From Tubiluchus corallicola (Eukaryota; Animalia; Priapulida): 64,000 bases of DNA. The notes below the pieces were generated by a model. It made no database searches. It worked only from the letters and a program-made list of their open reading frames with translations, and was not told where the DNA came from. Numbering within the stretch: the first letter of the stretch is position 1; every line of letters begins with the position of its first letter. Below are positions 39,353 through 51,576 of this stretch, piece by piece. A program made the translations under genes and the position numbers. Location: NCBI GenBank assembly GCA_030141605.1, contig JAQGDQ010000451.1:126106-190105 (forward strand), given 5' to 3'.

Positions 39353-39781
39353 TGGTGCAAACTGCGGCCCGGGGGCCACTTGCGGCCCGCCGAGAGATCT
39401 TGTGCGGCCCGCGAAGAGGTTTGTCAACGTAATGAAAGTGCGGCCCACGCGATCCAGCTGAAGTCTGCGCCAATATCGCAAAGATAGTGCGGGTAGTTTT
39501 TTCCTCTAGATCGGATGGCATTAACCCTTACAAGACCGTTGTCACTTAATGTCACTGTCGGACATGACGAAATATATGGTTTTTAATATAAATTTTGATA
39601 ACTTCTAAAATAGTTTCTTGAGTGTAGTAGTGCAGTAGTAATGATGTGCGCAAATCGGATGCAAAAAAAATCGTTATTAGGTCCTACTGTACTTGGCTCC
39701 TTGACCAAACTGCATGTGGCCCACAGGAATTGCGGGAATGTTTAATGTGGCCCGGCTAGTCAGATAATTTGCACACCCCTG
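39353..39781. mobile_element. hAT (Charlie-like) MITE, left end eroded
   Basis: Repeated GCGGCCC/GTGGCCC subterminal motifs; left GGTGCAAACT; right AATTTGCACACCCCTG|CTCTAATG. Confidence 0.65.
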
Positions 39782-40574
39782 CTCTAATGAACCAGTTAGC
39801 CAGTTGTGAGATAATTAGATCGAATACTGTAACTGTTAGCCATTTAAAACTGCCATGTCATTAGACTACAATTAACTACTTTCTGTTTACCAGCTAATCA
39901 ATGTTCAAAGTAGTATTTGTGAATCTTTTTCAGTGATGACGTCCCGAACTCATGTAGGTGTAGTCCTTTCAATGGCGCCCTCTTAATCGTCCCCCCTCCA
40001 CGTGATGTACTGGAAGGCGGACAACTACTCGTATATTCTTATAAACAAAAAATCTCTTTGTGCAAAGGAGTTCTTATTTTTTTATATTTTCATTTTTTAC
40101 CATTACATTTAATTCAATGATTACGTTATGTATCCAGCGCTAATGCAATTATGTGAAAAGGAACGACGCAAAATTAATGACAAATTTGTGGGCCCCCTAG
40201 TCACTAACAATGGCATCCCCGAAGCTCATTGTTGTGGTGGGGAAGTAGCACAGACCTTCTTTATAATCATAAAAAGTCTGCCAATATGTGCGTAGTATGA
40301 AATCTGTAACTTTTTATATATGCATCATATTAAAATGTTACCACTCTCTCTGCATAAAAAGCATGTTGTATGTAAGGCACTTAATGGACGGAGGGAGTAG
40401 TTGAGTAGTCAGAGGATCCGCTAGCGTTTAAAGTTAAGCAAACCTGAACCTAAAGAGAAAATTGATGGATCATTCCAGGAAAATTGTATTTGGGGGAAGG
40501 GTTGATCTGCCGTACTATCTCGACTATTTCTCGCATTGGCTTATCCTAATCCGGACACCTCTGTTAATCCAGTG

Positions 40575-40948
40575 GCTCATCTTTACTGAATTATGCTTAA
40601 TAATGCGATGATTCCGGTTTAAATTTTGACACAAAACTTAATTAACAGAAAGTGTAAAAAAGTTGAATTCACAGCTTGGATTTGAACAAGGGCCTTTCTG
40701 CTTACAAGGCAGACGCTTTGGACCACTTGGCCGCTAAATATCCCTGTGGGCAGTTCAAATTTCATCCCTATATCTGGCCAACCAAGTTCAGCATTTCCAC
40801 ACACTAGAGACACTGAAGGTACCTGGTTCAACTCACGCTGTGTCCCAACTTTTTCACATTTCGTGTAATTCAAGTTTTTGTGCCAAAATTTAATGAAATG
40901 TAGGCTTGTTGCATCGTTAACAATAATCTTTATGTTAAGATTATAATA
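40575..40948. mobile_element. Inverted twin tRNA-like element (best-preserved copy)
   Basis: Long imperfect inverted arms (TTAAATTTTGACACAAAACTT.../...AAGTTTTTGTGCCAAAATTTAA). Minus-strand tRNA-Thr(TGT)-like unit GCGGCCAAGTGGTCCAAAGCGTCTGCCTTGTAAGCAGAAAGGCCCTTGTTCAAATCC; plus-strand B box GGTTCAACTC. Confidence 0.65.
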
Positions 40949-41403
40949 ATTAATTAAAGAGAAGACTAATTATCCTGCGTTTGAATTCAAATTTAGGACC
41001 CAGGTGGCAGGGCCCAGTGCAGTCCTCTTTTTTTATAAGAAATAGTCCTAATATTGACGCATGAAGCCAGTTATATTCACCTTGGCATCTCATGTTTTCC
41101 TTTCCTGTTAAGCAGACACGCAATTAAGGACAGTGAAGCTTTTGTGTCGCCTTATCTCCCAGCGTTTGGCTTCTCTAATGACAAAAGCTGCTTACTGCAA
41201 GCATCACCCAGACCTTCTGCACGACTGTACGTAATTAGAAGCTGTTGCTAATCCAGTTAAAGAAGTTTGAAGACAATCTTGCTCGGCAAATGAGAAAGTC
41301 TGCGTGGCAGTTAATTAACCCTTTGCCTAGTTTCTTGCATGTAGTAGATACATTTACCTAGTGTATACAGGCGTCTTTGTACTTGTCATTGAAATTTGCA
41401 TTT

Positions 41404-42785
41404 GTTTCCGGTATGTTTGAGCAAATACACTAACGTACTCAACACCAAGCTGATGGGGGGTCGTACTCACTGTGGATGAAGCTTTTGTTGCCGGTATGTT
41501 TGAGCAAATACACTAACGTACTCAACACCAAGCTGATGGGGTCGTACTCACTGTGGATGAAGCTTTTGTTGCCGGTACGTTTGAGCAAATACACTAACGT
41601 ACTCAACACCAAGCTGATGGGGTCGTACTCACTGTGGATGAAGCTTTTGTTGCTGGTATGTTTGAGCAAATACACTAACGTACTCAACACCAAGCTGATG
41701 GGGTCGTACTCACTGTAGATGAAGCGTTTGTTGCCGGTATGTTTGAGCAAATACACTAACGTACTCAACACCAAGCTGATGGGGTCGTACTCACTGTGGA
41801 TGAAGCTTTTGTTGCCGGTACGTTTGAGCAAATACACTAACGTACTCAACACCAAGCTGATGGGGTCGTACTCACTGTGGATGAAGCTTTTGTTGCCGGT
41901 ATGTTTGAGCAAATACACTAACGTACTCAACACCAAGCTGATGGGGGGTCGTACTCATTGTGGATGAAGCTTTTGTTGTCGGTATGTTTGAGCAAATACA
42001 CTAACGTACTCAACACCAAGCTGATGGGGTCGCACTCACTGTGGATGAAGCTTTTGTTGCCGGTATGTTTGAGCAAATACACTAACTTACTCAACACCAA
42101 GCTGATGGGGTTGTACTCACTGTGGATGAAGCTTTTGTTGCTGGTATGTTTGAGCAAATACACTAACGTACTCAACACCAAGCTGATGGGGGGTCGTACT
42201 CACTGTGGATGCAGCATTTGTTGCCGGTGTGTTTGAGCAAATACACTAACGTACTCAAGACCAAGCTGATGGCGTCGTACTCACTGTGGATGAAGCTTTT
42301 GTTGCCGGTATGTTTGAGCAAATACACTAACGTACTCAACACCAAGCTGATGGCGTCGTACTCACTGTGGATGAAGCTTTTGTTGCCGATATGTTTGAGT
42401 AAATACACTAACGTACTCAACACTAAGCTGAAGGGGTCGTACTCACTGTGGATGAAGCTTTTGTTGCCGGTATGTTTGAGCAAATACACTAACGTACTCA
42501 ACACCAAGCTGATGGGGTCGTACTCACTGTGGATGAAGCTTTTGTTGCTGGTATGTTTGAGCAAATACACTAACGTACTCAACATCAGGCTGATGGGGTC
42601 GTACTCACTGTGGATGAAGCTTTTGTTGCCGGTATGTTTGAGCAAATACACTAACGTACTCAACACCAAGCTGATGGGGTCGCACTCACTGTGGATGAAG
42701 CTTTTGTTGCCGGTATGTTTGAGCAAATACACTAACGTACTCAACACCAAGCTGATGGGGTCGTACTCACTGTGGATGAAGCTTT
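41404..42785. repeat. 81-bp minisatellite, ~17 copies
   Basis: Unit GTATGTTTGAGCAAATACACTAACGTACTCAACACCAAGCTGATGGGGTCGTACTCACTGTGGATGAAGCTTTTGTTGCCG. Confidence 0.95.
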
Positions 42786-42788
42786 GCA

Positions 42789-43477
42789 CTATTGTAACGA
42801 CTGATCTTTGTAAACGCAGGTTGTTTCAAATGCTTCAAAAACAAAAGAAACTATTGTAATGGCTGATCTTTGTAAACGCAGGTTGTTTCAAATGCTTCAA
42901 AAACAAAAGAAACTATTGTAATGGCTGATCTTTGTAAACGCAGGTTGTTTCAAACGCTTCAAAAACAAAAGAAACTATTGTAATGACTGATCTTTGTAAA
43001 CGCAGGTTGTTTCAAACGCTTCAAAAACAAAAGAAACTATTGTAATGGCTGATCTTTGTAAACGCAGGTTGTTTCAAATGCTTCAAAAACAAAAGAAACT
43101 ATTGTAATGGCTGATCTTTGTAAACGCAGGTTGTTTCAAATGCTTCAAAAACAAAAGAAACTATTGTAATGGCTGATCTTTGTAAATGAATGTTGTTGCA
43201 AATGCTTCAAAAACAAAAGAAACTATTGTAATGGCTGATCTTTGTAAACGAAGGTTGTTTCAAATGCTTCAAAAACAAAAAAAACTATTGTAATGGCTGA
43301 TCTTCGTAAACGCAGGTTGTTTCAAATGCTTCAAAAACAAAAAAAACTATTGTAATGGCTGATCTTTGTAAACGCAGATTGTTTCAAATGCTTCAAAAAC
43401 AAAAGAAACTATTGTAATGGCTGATCTTCGTAAACGCAGGTTGTTTCAAATGCTTCAAAAACAAAAGAAACTATTGC
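42789..43477. repeat. 62-bp minisatellite, 11 copies
   Basis: Unit CTATTGTAATGGCTGATCTTTGTAAACGCAGGTTGTTTCAAATGCTTCAAAAACAAAAGAAA. Confidence 0.95.
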
Positions 43478-43960
43478 TAAGTTTTAGAAAAGAGCTGGGT
43501 GAAAACGCACCTGTGCTTATAAATAAAAAAGCCATGAAAATTGTTCAAGATTTCAAATTTCTGGGAATAAAATTTTCAGAGGATCTTGAAGGGGAAGGTA
43601 ACATGCTCTGTTGTATAAAAAAGGCCCTTCAGCATCTGTACTGTTTAACACAACTTGAATCATTTAACATTGCCCCTGTAATGATGGAGAGCTTTATCAG
43701 ACAATAATTGAGAGTGTCTCCTCACTGTTTGGTACGTCGCTACCACGCAGAGAGATCGCAATGCTCTTGGTCGTTAAATCCGTATCAAAAATTATAGAAA
43801 TTAAACTGCAGTCAATGTACCACATTTGCACGAGACGAGGGTCGCAAAGAGAGCGCAAGTTGTCATTAACAACGGATGTTATCTACGCAATAATTTTTTG
43901 AAATGCTCCCCTCTTGCCGTAGATATCGTTCAACTGACGCTAAAACCACAGGGAGTTTAA

Positions 43961-44574
43961 AGGTAGACAGAATAATTTTTCATATACTACCCCATTTTCA
44001 AGTCCGATAAACAGTATACATTTTAATACAATTAATACTGCAAAAGCGTTTCTGATAATTAAATAATAGATTAAAAACTTAATGAATGGCGGGCGAGCCC
44101 AACTATTGATGTCATCACAAACTAACATAATTTCCAACAGCAAAAATATTCCACGAGCGTGTTGCACGTGTTTGTGAAAGCGAAAATTGAAGTACAGTGC
44201 TACTGTAAGATATTCAGCGTGTTGTACTAAAACTAGGTAAGTTTTAAGATAAAAATTCAAATTTCAAATTTACCGCTGTGCTCACGCATGAGCTGTCGAA
44301 CGTGTGTAGTTCGTCAGAAACTAGCACATCTAAACGGAGAGCTACAGCACCTGTTTTTGTGCAAAGCGTTTTCGAAATGCAGGCGCTAGTAACTGTCTAA
44401 CAACGAACGGCGAAATGCATGTAACAGCGAAGAACTAGTGGCACGAACGTGAAATTGTGTTTGTGTGGTAATAATTATTTCACGTAAGTCATTTTTGAAA
44501 AAATAGTATGTTTCCTCAATATTTTAGAGAGTAGATTGTTTTGACCTACAGTTTAATATTGGGTCCGGTTTTTT
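43961..44574 (+). mobile_element. Kolobok-like element, family B, inserted in LINE
   Basis: TTAA|AGGTAGACAG ... GGGTCCGGTTTT..|TCAA. It splits the LINE's RYRS...NSF motif. Confidence 0.8.
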
Positions 44575-45329
44575 TCAATTCTTTCTAGCCTGTTGCAGTT
44601 CACACTATCAAGAGTAAATTTCAGCAAATTTCCAATATTTCTATATCACTGTATGTAATTTATTACGTATGCAACAACAAATTGAATTCATTTGTGTTAC
44701 AATATAATGACAATGAATTACTTACTTTCTGTCTAACCAACTATGGCGTGCGTTTATCGACCAAAATTAAGCAAACCCGATCACGGTCAATAATTAGATG
44801 GGTGAACTATCAGGAAAACTGCCTCTGGATACATTTTTACGGCTAGCTATCTCGTCAATGGATGTACATGGTTAAGCTTTCAGCTTCAGTGTCTCACTTT
44901 AGAGCATTATCATCGATATCGAGCTGCGTTCCAGTCCCGCCACAAGCTCACAACTAAAAGCGGGTCCAGCCGTTACGTGCAGATCTTCAAGACTGCCGAA
45001 CTGTACATAAAAAATAGACAGTTTCTATTATGTTTTAGAGAACCGTAGCTTCTTTCTTTTTGTACTTTCTGTACTTGTTCACTTTTGAAAGATTTAATTT
45101 ATATTCATCTTCAAAGTTAGAGCTCAGGAATGGTCAGGGCTTTAATAGAATAAAAGACTATAGTTCACCCAAAGTGAGATTTGCATACAGTCACAGTAGG
45201 ATTTTACAATCAATCAAGTTGGTTGTAGCACAAGAAAACCCTCAACTTACAATTATCTAAAAATCGTGTAATTTTTTTTATCACCTAAATACTATTTTAC
45301 TGTGCACAGAACTCGTATTAGCAGTAGCG

Positions 45330-45660
45330 CGGTATAAAAATTTAAACTACCGCGATGACCGTTAGCAGCCATTTAAGCGGTCAGTCGTTTGAAACAACTT
45401 TAGACAATATTGAGTCAAGTTTAAAAACTAATCACAGCGCTCGTAGCGCACTCCTAACTAAGCAAAAGTGCAAATATGTTTATCTTGCCAATAAAATTAG
45501 TAATGTTGGTGCACACTGGGATAGTGACACAGTGACGTTTTACCAGTTGGCGCGCATATTTCAAATTACTAAGGATTTTCTTGCATAAGTGTTTCAAACA
45601 GGTAAGCGAAATGCTAAGTTCTGTTACTTCGTATGGAAAGATTTTTGGGATATATTTCAA
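45330..45660 (-). mobile_element. Family A Kolobok-like fragment
   Basis: AAATTTAAACTACCGCGATGACCGTTAG...CAGGTAAGCGAAATGCTAAGT matches 21410-21710. Further fragments lie at ~59630-59735 and ~60110-60295. Confidence 0.6.
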
Positions 45661-47467
45661 ATTGCTTGTTGTTACTCTGTAAGCTATTGTTCACGAATGA
45701 TTATTCTTGGTTTGTATGAGTGTAGCTTTATAAACTCTGAAGTTTACAAAAAAATTCAATAATAATTCTTAAATAGTTTAAATATTTGTTTCTTTTTCAC
45801 GATTTTCAAAATAGTGGAGAAACTTTCAACAGTCACAAATGCGCCATTTCAGTGAGAACCTTGTTTCGCAAAAACCCCATCAGCAGAACTTCGCCAGTCA
45901 TCCATACGAGCAATTAATTTTGCTCAGCCAAATTAATTAGAAGCTGCCTAATGTTTTAATTGTCAACAGTGATTCAACTTCCCGTAATAGCTAAATTCAA
46001 TAATTAGCATTTTTTGCAGAAGAAAATCTACTGTAAACAAAGTAGTACGTCACGATACACAGGAGAAAGCTGTTTGTAAAAAAATCGACTGCCAGTGACA
46101 ATAATTAAATGCTATCATAAATAAATGTAGCAGGTTGAACCAGATTAAGAACTCTGTAAAGATTCAGTCACAATCAACGGCTTTTCATGATCGAAAAATA
46201 AGTCAAAAGTAACATTGGATGACATGAAGTATGTTGCAAATGAGGGATTTTTCAAGAAAATTTTTTTCAAGAAAGTCGGTTTGGCTGTGAATTAAACTAG
46301 TCACTAGCTGTCCCATTGCAAACGAGTGTGAACATTGTAAGAACTTGTGCTGTTTAGAAAAACTGAAAGGAAACGATTCGTGAAGTTACTAACGTTGAAA
46401 TAATTATAAAACCTTAAAAAAATTTCACGAACGAAACTTCCTTTTTGAGAAATTAAAAGTTATAAAATGCCTGATGAACAAATTCAAGTGTTTGTTGACT
46501 GTACCCAATTGAACGAAGACGTGTTCCTCATATATACATATATGCCCCAAGGCTACCTGGAGAAGCCATCCAAGGCCACGATATTCCTGACCGCTTACCA
46601 AACCTCGCCAATCCTGACGAGTTAACGACTTCAAACTTCTGGTCTGTAACAACCATTAAAACCTCTGTCACCGGACACTTTACAATCATTGAAAACATAC
46701 TCCAGATTCTTCAGTTTATTTGCCTACAACACTCGACTGCAGTAGGAACTGACAGTAGGAAGCGCGCTGCGCTGAAGCCATAGAAGCCAAACACTCGGCC
46801 GGTAAGACAGCATCACTTTCAACCTCCTTCGAAACACAACAGCTGCCCAGGTAACTTTTTTAACCCTTTCGCACCTTTTGTTTTCTAACGTAATGTATTT
46901 CTGTCACTCTGTCTACGTTCATTCCTACTCACAATAGCATTTATATTGAATTCAGTTTCTACTTGATTGCAAAAAAGGGTCTTTTAAGAGTCAGAAGACT
47001 TGCGTCCGCCTCCCACTTAACCTATACCCCACGGGCGGACTGTTCTGCTGGTGATTTTTGCATCTTGTCTTCATCTTGTTGCAGCATCTGGTTTGAGGAA
47101 GCAAACTGGGTCGTTAAGAAGATTTGCAGCCTGGAGAGGAGAAGGCGCACCTGTTCCTGTAGCCCGATTAGGGAAAAGTTAATCGCATTTCTGTAAAGCT
47201 TTTTTGAATCGTATGAGGCAAATAAACGTGAAATGAATTGAATTACACATTGTGAAATTGTTGCTAATAAGTCGTTTTACAGCACGTGTGATCAAAAATA
47301 CTTGCGTTAATTAAGCACTTATTTAACTATATCAGTGTATATTTACTCCACTATCCAATCATTAACTTTTGAATAGTTGAATGTAATAGTTGAAGACTTC
47401 TGAATGTAGTCAGCTAGAATTGTTACTGCTGTTTTGTCGGTCAGGTCATTTTTAAATGTAAAAGCAA

Positions 47468-47560
47468 GGTGAATGGTCGAGTGGTCAAAAATGATACAGG
47501 GCTGGTCACTGAATGGGTGGGTGACCACCTGGGCATAATACTCACTGTGGGAAGTTTCTT
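47468..47560 (+). mobile_element. tRNA/5S nested-head SINE fragment
   Basis: GGTGAATGGTCGAGTGGTC (A box) ... GGGCTGGTCACTGAATGGGTGGGTGACCACCTGGG (5S box C-like). Confidence 0.6.
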
Positions 47561-47616
47561 TCGCCATGCTACCTCTGGGCGAACGTGGATTAATGCAGAC
47601 AATGCTGCTGGTCCGT

Positions 47617-47744
47617 GATGATAATGATGATGATGGTGGTGGTGGTGGTGATGATGATCATGATGATGATGATGATGGTGGTTATGGTGATGGTTATGGT
47701 GATGATGATGATGGTAGTGGTGGCGGCGATGGTGGTGGTATTGG

Positions 47745-47790
<46 letters not shown>

Positions 47791-48785
47791 AATGGTGGTG
47801 GTGGTGATGATGGTGATAATGTTAATGATGATGATGATGAAAGTGGTGGTGGTGGTGGTATTAGTGATGATGATGATTATGATGGTAATGATGATCGTGA
47901 TGCTGATGATGATGAAGATGACGTAGCATGTGCTCACTAAGTTGTTGCACCACTAATTACAAAGACTAGGATTCTAACGAATCACTGCACGTCTTTCATT
48001 AGTCTTCAGATCAAATTTACTTTGTTCATGAGAAAACAGTCAGTAATACTGAAGTCTGAAATTAGTGATTCCCGCTAAACACACACTGCTGTGTAATCAT
48101 TTCCTGTATAAAAATAGGAAAACAACACAAGGCTGGGATCGCATGATGATGATGATGGTGGTGGTAGCCGTGGTAGTGATGGTGGTGGTGGTGATGGTGA
48201 TGGTGATGGTGGTGGTGATGATGATGATGATGATAATGATGATGATGGTGGTGGTGGTGGTGATGATGATCATGATGATGATGATGGTGGTGGTGGTGGT
48301 GGTGGTGGTGGTGATGATGATGATGGTAGGGGTGGCGGTGGTGGTGGTATTGGTGATGATGATGATGATAATGGTGGTGGTGGTGATGGTGATGATGATG
48401 TTGATGATGATGATGTTGAAAGTGGTGGTGGTGGTATTAGTGATGATGATGATTATGATGGTAATGATGATCGTGATGCTGATGATGATGAAGATGACGT
48501 AGCATGTGCTCACTAAGTTGTTGCACCACTAATTACAAAGACTAGGATTCTAACGAATCACTGCACGTCTTTCATTAGTCTTCAGATCAAATTTACTTTG
48601 TTCATGAGAAAACAGTCAGTAATACTGAAGTCTGAAATTAGTGATTCCCGCTAAATACACACTGCTGTGTAATCATTTCCTGTATAAAAATAGGAAAACA
48701 ACACAAGGCTGGGATCGCATGATGATGATGATGGTGGTGGTAGCCGTGGTAGTGATGGTGGTGGTGGTAATGGTGATGGTGGTGG

Positions 48786-48843
<58 letters not shown>

Positions 48844-49070
48844 CATAATCATGAAGAGCGTGGTGGTGGTGGTGATGATGATGATGATGATGGTCTTGAT
48901 GATGATAGTGATGGCGACGGTATTGGTGACGGTGTTGGTGATGATGATCATAATAATGCTGATCGTGATGGTGGTGTTGGTGTTGGTGATGGAGTTATTA
49001 ATGGGGGTGGTGTTGGCGGTGACGGCAGGAGCAGCAGCAGTGATGATGACAGTGATGACCACGATGACTA
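47617..49070. repeat. (GAT/GGT)n microsatellite field containing a 576-bp tandem duplication
   Basis: The unique spacer GTAGCATGTGCTCACTAAG...GGCTGGGATCGC occurs at ~47923-48142 and again 576 bp later. Confidence 0.9.
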
Positions 49071-49516
49071 CTATAGTTACAATTATTATAACGTGTCGTG
49101 ACGTTGACTGGAGTGATTTAAGTATGCCTGTTCAAGAGCAACAATCACCGATCATCAGCATATGAATGGGTGTAAGCGTGTTATTTTTTCGTTGTTATAG
49201 CAACAGAGTTCTTTTACTGAATATCGTTCCGCATTCACAGTGCTCACATGTGCATTATGCAATTCGATTTTATTTCATGAAGAATTTAAACAATTCATTT
49301 CAACTCTGTTGTATGACATTGGCATCAAATTCGTCAAAGACGCTCCACATAAACGCTGAGGGGAATGGGAGAGTGGTGAGAGCGTGTGCTTGGTGTGAGT
49401 AACTGGGTGATAGCCGGGTTCGATACTGGCTCTGAGAATTCTTATTCGTAACATTTATGATTTTTACCTCGTGGCTATCTTTCTCGCCGAGCCTACACTG
49501 TGTTGATTCTCTTTCT

Positions 49517-49696
<180 letters not shown>

Positions 49697-50169
49697 TTAC
49701 TTTACTAACTAAGTAAGGCATTGTTTCACTTTAGTATCTAAGCATAAGGGCTGGGCCTTTCCGCCAACCACACATTTTATAAATTCACGAATAAGGTAGC
49801 AGCATTGACGTGTGGGTCTTGGATTGGCGACCTGTCTTGTCTTGTGATTCACTTGTCGTTTCCAGCTTAGCAATAGATCGTTTCTGGAATCTCAGCTCGT
49901 TGTACAACCGAGTAGCTTTAGATGAATAAATAAATAAATTTGAAATGAACTATCTTGAAGATTTGTTTTATGCGGCTGCATGGCACGTGCTCGACTTTAA
50001 AATTAATTGTTTGAATTAAGTTGATTCAACTCACATATTTCTTGGCAGAAGGGCTTGAAGAACATCTAAAATTTCTTAAAGGAACAACTAAACAGAAGCT
50101 GAACAAAACGGACGCGTTAATATTCTTAAAATAAGTCCAATACTAAATTTCTGAAAGCAAATTTAACTA

Positions 50170-50305
50170 AAAGAAAGGAAGTGTGAAAAAATAGAGATGC
50201 ATCCTGGATTTGAACCAGAGACCATCCGCTTACAAGGCAGACACTCTACACCACTAAGCCATTTTAACCCTGTGATCAAGGCAGTCCAAAGTTCGTAAAT
50301 AACCT
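50170..50305 (-). mobile_element. tRNA-Thr(TGT)-like arm of twin element (half copy)
   Basis: Reverse complement reads TGGCTTAGTGGTGTAGAGTGTCTGCCTTGTAAGCGGATGGTCTCTGGTTCAAATCCAGG, then a T-run. Its centre CCCTGTG...GGCAGTCCAAAGTTC matches 40742. Confidence 0.6.
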
Positions 50306-50924
50306 TTTTTGCATAATTTCCTTTTTGTCATTGATTTATTTTTGAATTTTGAAATTACAAAAAATACACCTCGAAATTTTACTTAACTAAAATTGCATAC
50401 TCGACTGGAAAAACATTTTATAAATCAGTGAAGCGGTTTTTTTCACTTTGATTTGATTACCTTCATTCACAATTGTTGCGGAGGAGATTTATTTCTCATA
50501 AATCATAAATCGTAACCTGCTTTATTCGATCTCACCATTCTCGCGTCGTGCACTGATATAATTTGTGTTATTCCTCGCTTGAGAGTTTTACTTTGCAAAG
50601 TGTAGCCTAGTGTTATAGACGCATCTCTCTTTCTACTCAAATCTCTCTGTTTTTACTCATCTGGCTTCGTTGGGTAATGGTTTGAGGATGCGGAACTTTG
50701 AGAGATTAGTTTCCTGTTCGGTGGTTGGCGTTAGTTGTCACACGTTCTGTCTGTAGGTCTAGTTATTATTTGAACACTAGTTTAGTTTTCCAATTCAATT
50801 CAATTTGTTTCATTTCTGTTCATCACTCGATACAATACTCCACATTACATTAACGTGTCACTTGAAATTACCATTAATCAGTAATCATTTTGAGATATCA
50901 TCTAATAATTGTAATTATCAGCTA

Positions 50925-51230
50925 GTGCTGTTGCTGCTGCTGCTGCTCCAGTTGATATTTTATGACATTAGATCACGGGCTTATTTGCTGTGGATGCTGC
51001 TATTGTTGTTGTTGTTGCAACTACTACTGCTGTTGCTGTTGCTACTACTACTGCTTATCTTGCAGTTGCTACTACTACTACTACTGCTGCTGCTGCTACT
51101 GCTACTGCTACTGCTACTGCTACTGCTACTGCTACTGCTACTGCTACTGCTACTGCTACTGCTACTGTTACTGCTACTGCTACTGCTACTGCTACTGCTA
51201 CTACTACTACTGTTACTGCTACTACTACTG

Positions 51231-51262
<32 letters not shown>
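50925..51262. repeat. (CTA/CTG)n microsatellite
   Basis: Direct reading. Confidence 0.95.
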
Positions 51263-51576
51263 TGGGTTAGAAGATTTGTGTTGCTTGCTCAGATTCGATA
51301 CCGCACTTTTTCTTGATTGCTGACACCGCACATGCGTGCAGGCTAACACAAACCATTTCAGAATTTTTTTTGCGCACAAGCGCGACCTGCGCCTCCAGCA
51401 TTTTCTGAATGTTAACAGCCATATATAGCTTAATTTAATATTTCCCTCTGCGAAAGGTAGCTTTAGTATTGTAGCTAGTCTGTGTGTGACAGCTTCACTA
51501 GGATAGCTTAATCTTATTATTGATTTTAGGTGCAGCTCTAAACAGTAATTAGTCAGTGCCTAGTTTCCAGCTGAAT

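Larger units (their letters stand above)
41350..44610 (+). pseudogene. Decayed Rex/Babar-like LINE RT carrying two internal minisatellites and a Kolobok insertion
   Basis: NASKTKE, LLLSFRK, VQDFKFLGIKFSEDL, KKALQHLYCL, IIESV, TVWY, SKII, FEMLPSCRRYRS and, after the MITE, NSF*PVA follow the Rex-Babar RT C-terminal motif order. Confidence 0.75.

Noticed and set aside
40660-40745. Functional tRNA-Thr(TGT) gene (also 50200-50270)
   Set aside because: The acceptor stem does not pair and the B box is degenerate in one copy; both lie within a repeated element, so they are treated as tRNA-derived.
50611-50849. Solo LTR candidate (TGTTA...TTACA)
   Set aside because: No matching TSD and no second copy in the window.
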